From the IMG/VR virus record IMGVR_UViG_3300001041_000004, positions 1 to 53,499 of that record: a stretch of DNA of 53,499 bases; one strand, written 5' to 3'. Each line of letters opens with the position of its first letter. Position 1 is the first letter of the stretch. The notes below the pieces were generated by a model. That model was not told the origin of the DNA. It saw only the letters and a program-made list of their open reading frames with translations, and ran no database searches. Of the stretch, positions 1 through 9,374 are shown piece after piece. Source of the stretch: a virus (taxonomy: Duplodnaviria > Caudoviricetes). The position numbers and the translations under genes were made by a program.

Positions 1-80
1 GGAACAAATGTAGCAACATTTACATTAGGAACAAATGCAGGACTTGTAGCACAGGATATTCAGATTGATTATTCCTTGAT
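1..80. repeat. 80-bp direct terminal repeat (copy 1), circular assembly overlap
   Basis: Bases 1-80 are identical to 53420-53499; the repeat lies inside a continuous ORF. Confidence 0.97.
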
Positions 81-2127
81 TATGCCAGCAGGTCAACCTG
101 CATTTAGTGTGCCTACTACGACTACTTTAATGGGTGAAGCAGGGTTTAGATTACCTTATGCTAATCAGACTATTGTGAGTGATTATGCTAGTAAGATTAG
201 TGGTAGGACTTGGGAGAATCCTAATATTGCTAAGACATTAAGTGGGATTGTAGCAAATAATCCTGCTCCTAGTGCATTTTTGACTGAGTTAGATGATGTT
301 GAATATCCTAAAATTTATACTCAGAATGGTGTAGTGACTACATTTAGTACAAGTATAAATGGTGAGCAAGCATGTGTGTTATTGGGTTTTGATGCAATTA
401 AATGGGCAGAAAGGAAACTTGGTTGTAAGATTCCTGCTGTTGGAGTGACAAGTAAGGTTGCTTGGATTAAGAATAACTTGAGTGCATTAACAGGAAATGT
501 CTGGTGTAGTGGTAGTTCAACTGCTGGAAATATTGCTGCATTGAAAACTTGGAATGTTACTAATACTGCTTATTCTACAGGTAGTTACTCAAATTCTAAT
601 GCGTCTATTGCTAAAGTGTCATTTGCTTTAGGTTCTGGTTATGCAAGTTATATTACTGCTGAAGGTTATGTTTTCTTTGTGGTTTATTCGGGTACATCAA
701 ATGGCGACATACCATCCACCATCAACGTAGACTATGCTTCACTAGACATCAAATTCGCCGATAAAATCGTGAATTCATTTGGTTTAGCAACAGGTCAAAC
801 CGTTGATATTAGGGATGATTTTGCAGGGAAGATAGTAGGGAGTATTGTTGAGTGTCCTAATACTATTAGTATATCTGTAAATACATCTTTAATTACTCCT
901 TCTGATACAGTGGGCGTAGTTGAGGTATCAAATTGGGGTACGACTTACGATCAATTAACCTCTTTAAATAACACACTATGCACAGTTGCTAATAATGTTA
1001 ATTTAGCTATTGCCCAAATGCGCTTTAAATTTAATCTAATCCGCATAGTAGAAGATAAAATGGGAACTATTCCTGCAATTGATAAGGTTCAGTGGTTGAA
1101 GGATAATTTGACAAGTATTACTTGTAATTGGTGGGGATATGGAAGTTCACCGACTGGGAACAAGGCGACATTAGCTGGTTGGTATCAGGGTGCTTGGAGT
1201 TCCACATCGTCTACCTACCATACTAATTCTAGCGTGACTAAAGTGCTTAGAAAATTCGACGAAGTTGCGAGTGGATCAATTAATTTAATTGGAACTACTA
1301 ACGACGGTTTCGTTCATTTTCTTTCTTATGCAGAACCCAGTGACGGAGTAACAGCATCAACCATCTACACGGACTATTGCAACATTGAATTAACACTTAA
1401 AAAGCCAACTGGATATGATGTTTTATCTCCAAGTAATCCTAGAAGAGATTCAGGATTGAGTAATATTTTGCTTGTAAGAAAAGAGACTAAAGAAGTTCAG
1501 TCCTTGTTCCCCTACTCCAATGAGTTTATGCTGACTACGTACAGTGATTATCTTGAAGCTCCTACGCCTATAAGTGCGAATACCGATGTAACAATACTTG
1601 CTGAAGCAGATGACTTTACTTTAACTGACATTGGTTCTGCTGTTGGTAACAAAATAGGTACTCATCAATGGGGAAATATTGCAAGTAAAACCTTAAACGA
1701 CAATGATAACATGTCTGGTGAGTTTGGTTATTCGGTTGTTAAATTTGCACCAGATTCTAAAGGTATTAACATTGGGAGTAAAGTCACTGTTAATGCTACA
1801 GGGTTTGCAAATAACTATTGGAAACAGTTTGCATTAAACACAGTAAGTAAACCAATGGTTGGTATTGCAAGGTATCTAGTATTGGTTAATGGTGAATTAA
1901 AACTGTTTGTGTTTAGTAAATACTCTGCTACTGGTGGATTCACAACAGATGGTACAGGTATTGGCATTCTTATCAATCTACAAGGTAAACCACTCAGTAA
2001 AGAATCAGAGGGTATTGTTAGAAGTGGTGTTAATACACCGACAGCATGGAAGTCTGGTGAGTTGATTCCTACAGGTTATGTTGATAAGGCAACTGGTAAA
2101 CTCATCACCACCAATAACAGTATCTAA
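1..2127 (+). CDS. Tail fibre / receptor-binding protein, 3' part (continues from 51209 across the circular join; ~1445 aa in total)
   Basis: Frame of 76..2127 is continuous with the ORF starting at ATG 51209 via the 80-bp overlap; Ser/Thr/Gly/Asn-rich beta-type sequence with two tandem ~200-aa modules; follows capsid genes. Confidence 0.75.
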   Translation, partial: GTNVATFTLGTNAGLVAQDIQIDYSLIMPAGQPAFSVPTTTTLMGEAGFRLPYANQTIVSDYASKISGRTWENPNIAKTLSGIVANNPAPSAFLTELDDVEYPKIYTQNGVVTTFSTSINGEQACVLLGFDAIKWAERKLGCKIPAVGVTSKVAWIKNNLSALTGNVWCSGSSTAGNIAALKTWNVTNTAYSTGSYSNSNASIAKVSFALGSGYASYITAEGYVFFVVYSGTSNGDIPSTINVDYASLDIKFADKIVNSFGLATGQTVDIRDDFAGKIVGSIVECPNTISISVNTSLITPSDTVGVVEVSNWGTTYDQLTSLNNTLCTVANNVNLAIAQMRFKFNLIRIVEDKMGTIPAIDKVQWLKDNLTSITCNWWGYGSSPTGNKATLAGWYQGAWSSTSSTYHTNSSVTKVLRKFDEVASGSINLIGTTNDGFVHFLSYAEPSDGVTASTIYTDYCNIELTLKKPTGYDVLSPSNPRRDSGLSNILLVRKETKEVQSLFPYSNEFMLTTYSDYLEAPTPISANTDVTILAEADDFTLTDIGSAVGNKIGTHQWGNIASKTLNDNDNMSGEFGYSVVKFAPDSKGINIGSKVTVNATGFANNYWKQFALNTVSKPMVGIARYLVLVNGELKLFVFSKYSATGGFTTDGTGIGILINLQGKPLSKESEGIVRSGVNTPTAWKSGELIPTGYVDKATGKLITTNNSI

Positions 2128-2138
2128 TCTAAGCCACA

Positions 2139-2163
2139 GGAAGGGGGTTTTAAGCCCTCTTCC
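2139..2163 (+). terminator. Hairpin after the tail-fibre gene (terminator or processing site)
   Basis: GGAAGGGGGT-TTTAA-GCCCTCTTCC stem-loop followed by ATTT; weak U-tract. Confidence 0.4.
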
Positions 2164-2180
2164 ATTTAAGGAGGGGTATT

Positions 2181-2747
2181 ATGTACAACATTGTATTTAA
2201 CAGGCTTACAAGGCAAGTGTGTGGCTATGATAGGCAACCTATGCCGTTTGAATTGGAGTTGTTGATTCCTTACCCAATCAGTCTTTCCAAAACAGTTGAA
2301 GAAATTACTGGAATGGTAATTCAAAAGGTTAATGAAAATGGTGAATTGCTTTATCTTAATGGAGAGGTTGAAACCACTGAAGCACGAGTGGCAACAGAGT
2401 TTGAAACTGTGATTAACACCTACCGAATTGCCACAGATGAAGTTACTCTTGAAACGGTGGTTGATGAGTTGGGTGTTACTACAGAAGTTGAAGTACCGAT
2501 TTATGAGGAAATCTCCACATCAGTAGAAATGCCTATTTCCTTTGATGAACATGAACCTATTATGATTGATGAGGTTGTGAGCAAAACTTATACCTTTGAT
2601 CAAAACCCTTATATCTTTGTGGTGGATGAAGTAATTGAGGCTATAGCCGCTACTGTTCCTGTGAAGACAGAATTTGAATTAGCCGTTGATCGAGTCAGTG
2701 CTACAGAAGATGCTATTATGACATTGATGGATATGAACTTACTGTAA
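2181..2747 (+). CDS. Acidic tail-fibre-associated protein (assembly chaperone-like)
   Basis: AGGAGG RBS; follows the fibre gene; ends in a short helical ...TEDAIMTLM tail just before an XkdX-like gene. Confidence 0.5.
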   Translation: MYNIVFNRLTRQVCGYDRQPMPFELELLIPYPISLSKTVEEITGMVIQKVNENGELLYLNGEVETTEARVATEFETVINTYRIATDEVTLETVVDELGVTTEVEVPIYEEISTSVEMPISFDEHEPIMIDEVVSKTYTFDQNPYIFVVDEVIEAIAATVPVKTEFELAVDRVSATEDAIMTLMDMNLL

Positions 2748-2759
2748 GGGGGTTATGCT

Positions 2760-2885
2760 GTGTATAATTTCATTTTAAAAATGTTTCTCATTGGTAAAAT
2801 TGATGATGTTAAAGTCCAATCTTATTGTCCTACGTATATTACGCAAGATGATGTTGATGCTATTTTGGCAACCAAAGGAGGTTAA
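2760..2885 (+). CDS. XkdX-like small protein (41 aa, not in ORF track)
   Basis: GTG start after AAGGGGG; MYNFILKMFLIGKIDDVKVQSYCPTYITQDDVDAILATKGG has the IT.ee...I pattern of XkdX-like phage proteins. Confidence 0.55.
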   Translation: MYNFILKMFLIGKIDDVKVQSYCPTYITQDDVDAILATKGG

Positions 2886-2887
2886 TT

Positions 2888-3343
2888 ATGAGACGATTAG
2901 ATTTAATTTTACGTGTTCGATCTTATACACGTGATTTTTCTAATTCTATTTTTCGTGAAGCAGATATTGTTGATTATCTTAATGAAGGGATTGATCGGTT
3001 TAAACAGATTGTTCCTGAGTTAAAGAATCTAACGTATTTGCTTACAAGCACACAGGTTCCTGAATTGATACCAAGTGAATATCATCACTTGCTTTCGTTG
3101 TTTGCCGCTTCTCGATGCTTTGCACAAGATGAAGGTCATTATCGGGCAACAACGCTAATGAATGAGTTTGAAGTTAAGTTGCAAGAGTTCTTATCAAGAA
3201 TTGAAAGTGGTCACATCAAGATACTGGATGCTAGTACTGGATTACCTATTGTTCTTGATGAGGAATTGGATTATGTTAAGTTGGATTCGTATTGGGGTAC
3301 TGAGATTGTTGATCTTGATGATGGTGTGGAGGGAGTTGAGTAA
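2888..3343 (+). CDS. Head-tail adaptor protein (podovirus type)
   Basis: GGAGG RBS; 'DIVDYLNEG' and 'IPSEYHHLL' adaptor-like motifs; directly precedes the nozzle-like gene. Confidence 0.6.
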   Translation: MRRLDLILRVRSYTRDFSNSIFREADIVDYLNEGIDRFKQIVPELKNLTYLLTSTQVPELIPSEYHHLLSLFAASRCFAQDEGHYRATTLMNEFEVKLQEFLSRIESGHIKILDASTGLPIVLDEELDYVKLDSYWGTEIVDLDDGVEGVE

Positions 3344-3345
3344 GT

Positions 3346-5127
3346 ATGGTTTATATTCAGAAATCAACCCCTCCTCAAAATAAACTCATGACGTTTTCAA
3401 TGGCTAATTTTGTTGGTGGTCTTAACAATCGTTCTGAACAACTTGAAGCCAATGAGACGTCAAATTGTTTAAACATGATGTTTACCGATGATACGGTTAT
3501 GGAAAATCGGTATGGACAAAAGTATTATGATGAGTTAGTACTTGATGATGACATTGTGTTTATTGATGAGTTTAAGCCTTATGCTGATGACAATGTTCTT
3601 ATACGTGCTACGGTGGGTAAACTTTATATAGAGGAAAATATTCTTACAACGATTAGTGGTAAGCCTTGTGGTGTTAATCATTCTGGTAGGTACTTCTTTG
3701 TTGATGGGGAAAAGTTGTATGTCTATGGTAAGTTTGCACAAGTTACTTCAACGTATGCTAAAGTGATTGGTGTGGCGATTAATGATTATGTTTTACTTGA
3801 AGTAGTAAGTCCTACGGTTGGGCATCCTCGTCTTGATACAAGTCATGTACAAGGTGTCTTGAATGTTGATTACACTGACTTTAAAGTGTTTTATGAACCT
3901 TGTGAGAATGAGTTTGTCGATACGTACAGTGGTGCTAATGTCGTTCCTCTTGGAGTTAGTTATATCATATCTCATAATGGTCGATTGTTTGTTTCAGGGG
4001 ACGATAAGGATGATGACAATATTTTTATAACAGATGTTCAGAACCCTTTTTATTACCCGGTAGCTTTGCCTCTTCAATTACCGCCAAATTCTGATATGAT
4101 TGTTGGTATGTGTGTCTATGATAACTCAGTGATTGTTGGTCGGAATAACGATTTGTACGTTGTGTTTGGTTCTACTAATCGACTAGATATGGGGGTTGAT
4201 GTGTTTCAACTGCACCGTATTAATTCTCATACTGGATTTGCTAATCAGGATTCTGTTAAAGTGGCTCATAATTACCTCTTCTTTATGGGTAATGATGGAA
4301 ACGCTTACAGTCTTTCAAGTGCTAAAAATGATACAAAGATTCTCTCAACGACTATTTTGACTAAAGATGTTGATATTACAAAGGAACCCTTGAATCTTTT
4401 AATTACAGATATTAACACATCAACTAGTATCTTCTTTAAAGATGAATGGTATGTAAGTATCAAAGATAAGGTCTTGGTTTATTCTTATCTTCTCAAGAAG
4501 TGGACGTTTTATAATAAAATTGATGCAACATCCTTTTATGTTCTTAATCGTGAAATTATTTGGGGTAAGCCCGATGGAAGAATTGCTATGTTTGATAAGG
4601 AAGTTTTCTTAGATTTTGGATTACCGTATCAATCTCTTTGGTATTCTAAACGATTTGATATGGATAATGCCAATAATTTCAAACAGTTCAAAGAGTTCTT
4701 TTTAGTGGCTAAAACATTTGAACTATATCCATCGGATATTAATGTGTTGTTTGAGATTGATTATTCTGATGTGAAAGATCGAGTTACAATATCGAATCAA
4801 ATTTCTGTTTACGGTCGAACCAAATGGGGTGATCGTTATATCAATCGTACTATATCTGAGAGTTTACCTTTTATAATTGGTCGAAGAGGTCGTACAATAC
4901 GTTTTAAGCTTTCTTGTGGTCATTTTAAAGATGGTGAGGTTGCTAGTTATCCTGATTTGTTAATCTATGAAGGTAAAAAAGACGGATTGTTAATTTACGT
5001 TCTTGATGAAAGTGCTTACTATTTATTTATGGATAATGATTGGTCGTTAATTCCCATTGCTGAATTGAATCAACGTATGAAAATTTATCAAGTTAATGGG
5101 GATTATGAATTACGTGGAAAGAGGTGA
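3346..5127 (+). CDS. Tail nozzle / DNA-stabilisation protein (P22 gp10 / T7 gp12-like beta-propeller)
   Basis: N-terminal 'NFVGGLN' motif, beta-rich 593 aa, C-terminal 'GRTIRFKL'; position after the adaptor. Confidence 0.65.
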   Translation: MVYIQKSTPPQNKLMTFSMANFVGGLNNRSEQLEANETSNCLNMMFTDDTVMENRYGQKYYDELVLDDDIVFIDEFKPYADDNVLIRATVGKLYIEENILTTISGKPCGVNHSGRYFFVDGEKLYVYGKFAQVTSTYAKVIGVAINDYVLLEVVSPTVGHPRLDTSHVQGVLNVDYTDFKVFYEPCENEFVDTYSGANVVPLGVSYIISHNGRLFVSGDDKDDDNIFITDVQNPFYYPVALPLQLPPNSDMIVGMCVYDNSVIVGRNNDLYVVFGSTNRLDMGVDVFQLHRINSHTGFANQDSVKVAHNYLFFMGNDGNAYSLSSAKNDTKILSTTILTKDVDITKEPLNLLITDINTSTSIFFKDEWYVSIKDKVLVYSYLLKKWTFYNKIDATSFYVLNREIIWGKPDGRIAMFDKEVFLDFGLPYQSLWYSKRFDMDNANNFKQFKEFFLVAKTFELYPSDINVLFEIDYSDVKDRVTISNQISVYGRTKWGDRYINRTISESLPFIIGRRGRTIRFKLSCGHFKDGEVASYPDLLIYEGKKDGLLIYVLDESAYYLFMDNDWSLIPIAELNQRMKIYQVNGDYELRGKR

Positions 5128-6299
5128 TGATTATGGCAATGGATTATTTAGTTGTATCGTATCCTAACTTTGTTTTGGGACAGATTATTGATCCTGAAGA
5201 AGCAAATCAAAACAATACAGATATTACAAGTAAAGTCAATGAAGTTGTTGATGGTGTTAATATAAATTATAGTGCTATTGCTAATCATAAGATAAGTACC
5301 GATCATAACACCTTGTATTACACTAAAACAGAAATTGACAGCAATCTATTAGTGTTTAGTACTAATGAAAATACAAGGGTTCAAAATGAATTACTCAGAG
5401 TACAACAAGAAGCACATCGTCAATTAACGTATACTGATTTTAACGTTGCTGAGACAACAAGGATTAACAACGAAATTATAAGACAAGCAACGTATTCTGA
5501 ATTTAACGATGATGAGTTGATTCGAATTGATAATGAGGTTGCTCGTCTTGCTTCTGAGGATGCTCGTCTTGCCTCTGAAGAGATTCGTTTAAACAGTGAA
5601 GCGTTGAGGGTTTTAGCAGAAGAGAATAGGGTTTTACAGGAGGCATTAAGAATTGCCGCACTTAATGTAACAACAGCTAATGTCAATTACTATATTGACG
5701 CTGTGCTTGGTAATGATGCTAATCTTGGTACAAGTGCTGGTGCTGGTGGTGCATTTAAAACAATTGGCAAAGCACTTTCTTTAATACCTCAAATTGTAAA
5801 TCATTCAATTAATATTTGGGTTGCCGCAGGAGATTATTCAAGTGAACTTTTTATAACCGTTAAGGGTAAAATTGGGTCTGGTATAATTAGTTTTTGGGGT
5901 GACGATAATGCCATTTATAAATACATCTCACTATCTAATAATTCTATTACGATTGTATTTGATAGTGGTCGGTTAAGTGGTATTACTGGTGCAATTATAG
6001 AGGTTGCTAATTGTAAAAAAGTTGCTCTTAGATATTTGAACTTTATTGGTGCATCAGGGATTGGACATGGGATTGTATGTGATAATAGCACAGTGTACTC
6101 TTATGCTTGTGCCATATCTAATAGACTTGGCAATGCTATATGGTGTAGTTATGGTCTTGTTATTAGTGATAATAATGGTGGTACAAGTAATAACGTATGT
6201 CTTTCCGCAGGTAGTGGTGGTACTATTGTTAAAATTGGAACACAACCTACTGGAACAACAGCTGAAAGTGTTTATTATGGTGGTCAAATTCGAGCTTAA
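5124..6299 (+). CDS. Tail spike/fibre with coiled-coil stalk and C-terminal beta-helix-like domain
   Basis: E-x2-R heptad-like repeats (ARLASED x2), 'YYIDAVLGNDAN...AFKTIGKAL' motif typical of beta-helix starts, Gly/Ser/Cys-rich C-terminus. Confidence 0.6.
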   Translation: MMIMAMDYLVVSYPNFVLGQIIDPEEANQNNTDITSKVNEVVDGVNINYSAIANHKISTDHNTLYYTKTEIDSNLLVFSTNENTRVQNELLRVQQEAHRQLTYTDFNVAETTRINNEIIRQATYSEFNDDELIRIDNEVARLASEDARLASEEIRLNSEALRVLAEENRVLQEALRIAALNVTTANVNYYIDAVLGNDANLGTSAGAGGAFKTIGKALSLIPQIVNHSINIWVAAGDYSSELFITVKGKIGSGIISFWGDDNAIYKYISLSNNSITIVFDSGRLSGITGAIIEVANCKKVALRYLNFIGASGIGHGIVCDNSTVYSYACAISNRLGNAIWCSYGLVISDNNGGTSNNVCLSAGSGGTIVKIGTQPTGTTAESVYYGGQIRA

Positions 6300-6324
6300 G
6301 TCAATAGTTTAAATTAGATAATTA

Positions 6325-6333
6325 TGGTATAAT
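6325..6333 (+). promoter_or_regulatory. Extended -10 promoter (TGnTATAAT)
   Basis: TGGTATAAT in an AT-rich intergenic gap; followed by the hairpin AGGAGAAGG...CTTTCTCCT. Confidence 0.4.
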
Positions 6334-6375
6334 TCATAGGAGAAGGTTAACGCTTTCTCCTTGTTTTAATATAAG

Positions 6376-6882
6376 GTGGTGATTTTATTGGCAGATACAA
6401 ATGTTTACACTTCTTCTATGAAGAAAGCTATGGAGAGTGCTGGAACTTGGTCTTCAGATAATGATAAGGCTTATAACAATTATCATAAGGTTTCAACTCC
6501 TGTTGTTGCACCAGTTGTCAAATCAACTGTTTTATCTGAGCCTTCTTTTGATTATAATGCTGTGTTTACTCAAATGCAGAATGATTTTTCTAAACAGTTA
6601 TCTGATTTGCAATTGCAATGGAAGACGCAATCCGATGCACAACAAGCACAAGTTAATCAGGCTAACGCTTATCAAGCAAGTTATTTGAACAATAATAAAG
6701 GAGTTCTTGGAGGTACAGCTCAAGACAGTTCATCAGGTATTGGTTTGAACACATCTCAATATCAAGCAGGTGTTGGTAATTACAATCCTGTTAAGAATGT
6801 ACGTAATGATGCTACGATTAAGTCAAGTGCCATTAGTCGGTACTTGAAAAACAATCCGGATATGTGGAGTCAAAAATTGTAG
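6376..6882 (+). CDS. Gln/Asn-rich hypothetical, possible internal virion (ejection) protein
   Basis: Low-complexity Q/N/A helical composition; lies in the structural arm. Confidence 0.4.
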   Translation: MVILLADTNVYTSSMKKAMESAGTWSSDNDKAYNNYHKVSTPVVAPVVKSTVLSEPSFDYNAVFTQMQNDFSKQLSDLQLQWKTQSDAQQAQVNQANAYQASYLNNNKGVLGGTAQDSSSGIGLNTSQYQAGVGNYNPVKNVRNDATIKSSAISRYLKNNPDMWSQKL

Positions 6883-6885
6883 GAG

Positions 6886-7197
6886 GTGGTTTTGTTGGCA
6901 GAGTATGTTACGACTGAGGCTTGTGCAAGAACACGTGAATCGTTTAGTAAAGAGTTTGGTAATATTGGCTCTGAATTGTGTTCTCATGATGAGGATTTAA
7001 CGGATATTAAAATTGCCATAACCAAATTAACACTTATTCAAGAGGTGTTGCATGATAATCAAAAAACAGTTATTCAGTTTTGGCAGAGTGAAACAGGTAA
7101 GCGTTTGATTTGGGGAGTCTTTATGTTGGTTGCTGTTATTACATTTGTTGCTTTAGGTAAAGACCTTGATATAGTTAGTGCATTTTTTGGTAAATAA
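6886..7197 (+). CDS. Coiled-coil protein with C-terminal transmembrane helix (XhlA/holin-like lysis accessory)
   Basis: Hydrophobic segment LIWGVFMLVAVITFVAL; immediately upstream of the endolysin. Confidence 0.5.
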   Translation: MVLLAEYVTTEACARTRESFSKEFGNIGSELCSHDEDLTDIKIAITKLTLIQEVLHDNQKTVIQFWQSETGKRLIWGVFMLVAVITFVALGKDLDIVSAFFGK

Positions 7198-7210
7198 GGA
7201 GGTGTTTGTT

Positions 7211-7780
7211 TTGGATTTAAGAGTACGTCCGATTAAATATTTGATCATTCATCACACAGCTGGTAATGAGGCAAACACTCAAGTGATACGTAATTATCAT
7301 GTCAATGTTAATGGTTGGGGTGATATTGGATATCATGGTGTGGTTGAACGAAGTGGTGTCATTGGGGTAGGTCGTGATGTTAAATATATTGGTGCTCATA
7401 GTTTAGGTAGAGCACCGGGTGAGACATTAAATATGAATCACCTTGGTTATGGGTTAAGTTGTATTGGTAATTTTGAAACAGGGATTATGAGTCCTATTCA
7501 ATTTGATGCTTTGGTTAAAGAGGCTTGTCGTATTTGTAAATTATATAATATTCCGTTTGAAAACATTCGTCGGCATAGTGATGATGATTCTACATCGTGT
7601 CCCGGCAAACTATTTCCTTGGATGAATTTTCTTACTGAAGTTAACAAAGTGATGAAAGCAGTTGTTTCTTCTGATGTGGATGTTTACCTTTCAGTACGTG
7701 TTCGCACATCAAAGAAAAATATGGTTATTAAACAGATTATTGATATGGGGTATGCATGTAAGGAATTATCCCTAGCTTAA
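7211..7780 (+). CDS. Endolysin, N-acetylmuramoyl-L-alanine amidase (Amidase_2)
   Basis: IIHHTAG, GWGDIGYH, GAH, IGNF, H...TSCPG zinc-amidase motifs; TTG start after AGGAGG. Confidence 0.9.
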   Translation: MDLRVRPIKYLIIHHTAGNEANTQVIRNYHVNVNGWGDIGYHGVVERSGVIGVGRDVKYIGAHSLGRAPGETLNMNHLGYGLSCIGNFETGIMSPIQFDALVKEACRICKLYNIPFENIRRHSDDDSTSCPGKLFPWMNFLTEVNKVMKAVVSSDVDVYLSVRVRTSKKNMVIKQIIDMGYACKELSLA

Positions 7781-7793
7781 AGGAGGATGAATT

Positions 7794-7967
7794 ATGAAGA
7801 AATGGTATTTAAGTAAAACACTGTATGCGAATGTGTTATCTATGATTGGTGTGGTTGTTTATAACGCCTTAGGTCAGGACTATCTCACTGTAGAGGCTCA
7901 GGTAGGTCTTCTAGCCGTTATAAACGTTGTGTTGAGGGTTATTACCAAAGAAGAGATTACGTGGTAA
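7794..7967 (+). CDS. Small holin (57 aa, not in ORF track)
   Basis: AGGAGG RBS; MKKWYLSKTLYANVLSMIGVVVYNALGQDYLTVEAQVGLLAVINVVLRVITKEEITW has two hydrophobic helices; follows the amidase. Confidence 0.7.
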   Translation: MKKWYLSKTLYANVLSMIGVVVYNALGQDYLTVEAQVGLLAVINVVLRVITKEEITW

Positions 7968-7981
7968 GGGAGGTGCTTTAA

Positions 7982-9361
7982 ATGGCTAACAAACCAACTG
8001 TCATTGTTACGCAAGGGTCTGTTGATGAACAAGCCCTGCGTAAACAATATGGAGATACCATTGATTATAAATATGGTAACAATCAGTTTGTCGGTGCTGA
8101 TCGTGCGGCAACTAATACTATGTACGCTCAGTATCTCGGTAATCTTGGTGTTGGTAGGCAAAACACTGATGTTGATTTGAACTCACTTACTTCACAGCCT
8201 GTTCAACAACAAGTCGTGTCACAACCTTCACGGTATGATTCAACTCAAGCTACGGCTGATATTCAATCAAGTCTACGTCAAAATTCAGATTCTTATATGA
8301 CCAATCAAAAGGCTCAACTTGATGCCGCTCTTTCTACTCAGATTAAGATGCTTCAATCAGCGTATGAAAAAGCCATATCTGATGGTCAGATTAGTGTACG
8401 TGATGCTCAAGATAACTTTGTTAAACAAAAAGCAAGTCTTGAACAACAAGCTTATGTTAATGCAGAGAGGACAGCGTTAATCTCACAAGATATGGGGATT
8501 CAAAACTCTCAACAATCGCTTGGGTTGATACAAGGGGATCAGGCTCGAAGTGCAACTCTTAAGAATGCGAATATGACAGAACGAGATAAGGCCATTTTTG
8601 ATATTCAAACTCGACTTAAATCATTAGGAACTCAAACAGCACTTTCTGTAACCGATGCTCAAGCACAACATGACTATGGATTAGTTGCCGCTCAAGCTAC
8701 AGCTGATCAACAATATGCTCAAGGTATGCTTGGTATTCAAAGTGATGCACTGAATGCCAATCGTAATCAACAATTTGCCCTTGATAACATGAGTACAGCC
8801 AATGATTATCAACTTGGACAATTGGCAACGAATCAAGTGTATCAACAAGAGAATATGAAAACAGCACAAGAGTTTGCTGTAGAAAATATGTATACAGGTC
8901 ATAAGCTTGATTTGGAGAAACTTGATGTACAGTTTGAACGAGATGTTAAAATGGCAGAGATTCAATTTGGTTATTCTTCATCCCTTCAAGGAAGTGCTCA
9001 TGCGAATGCAATGGCTCAAGCTAAGGCAAATATGAGAGATGCTGTAGCTGAAGAACAAGCAAAGTATGATTTGTTTAATAGTCGTCTTGTGAAACAAGGT
9101 ATGGTTGATGATAATGGTAAGCCGTTAACCGTTGAAGCAGAAATCTACCAACAACAAGCGAAACAAGCAATGGATAAATCAGTTTCTGAAATTTATACTA
9201 AGAGTATTGCTGAAATAACTGTTGAGAAAATGAAGAAGACACTCATTGAACCCACAAAAAGTTTCTTTGATTGGTCTGGAACTGTTTATGACAAAGAGAT
9301 GGAAGCATATAATGCTGAAAAGAAAGCACAAGATGCTTGGCTTAAAAAGTATGGACAATAA
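7982..9361 (+). CDS. Internal virion / DNA ejection protein (Gln/Ala-rich coiled coil)
   Basis: 459 aa, Q/A-rich helical; precedes the giant virion protein as in podovirus ejectosome clusters. Confidence 0.55.
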   Translation: MANKPTVIVTQGSVDEQALRKQYGDTIDYKYGNNQFVGADRAATNTMYAQYLGNLGVGRQNTDVDLNSLTSQPVQQQVVSQPSRYDSTQATADIQSSLRQNSDSYMTNQKAQLDAALSTQIKMLQSAYEKAISDGQISVRDAQDNFVKQKASLEQQAYVNAERTALISQDMGIQNSQQSLGLIQGDQARSATLKNANMTERDKAIFDIQTRLKSLGTQTALSVTDAQAQHDYGLVAAQATADQQYAQGMLGIQSDALNANRNQQFALDNMSTANDYQLGQLATNQVYQQENMKTAQEFAVENMYTGHKLDLEKLDVQFERDVKMAEIQFGYSSSLQGSAHANAMAQAKANMRDAVAEEQAKYDLFNSRLVKQGMVDDNGKPLTVEAEIYQQQAKQAMDKSVSEIYTKSIAEITVEKMKKTLIEPTKSFFDWSGTVYDKEMEAYNAEKKAQDAWLKKYGQ

Positions 9362-9374
9362 ATGAGGTGATGAT

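Noticed and set aside
1-2127. Diversity-generating retroelement or invertase-driven fibre switching
   Set aside because: No reverse transcriptase or recombinase gene; the fibre repeats are diverged protein modules, not adenine-specific TR/VR pairs
5541-5580. 21-bp tandem repeat in the spike gene
   Set aside because: Encodes ARLASE(D/E) twice within a coiled coil; explained by the protein repeat
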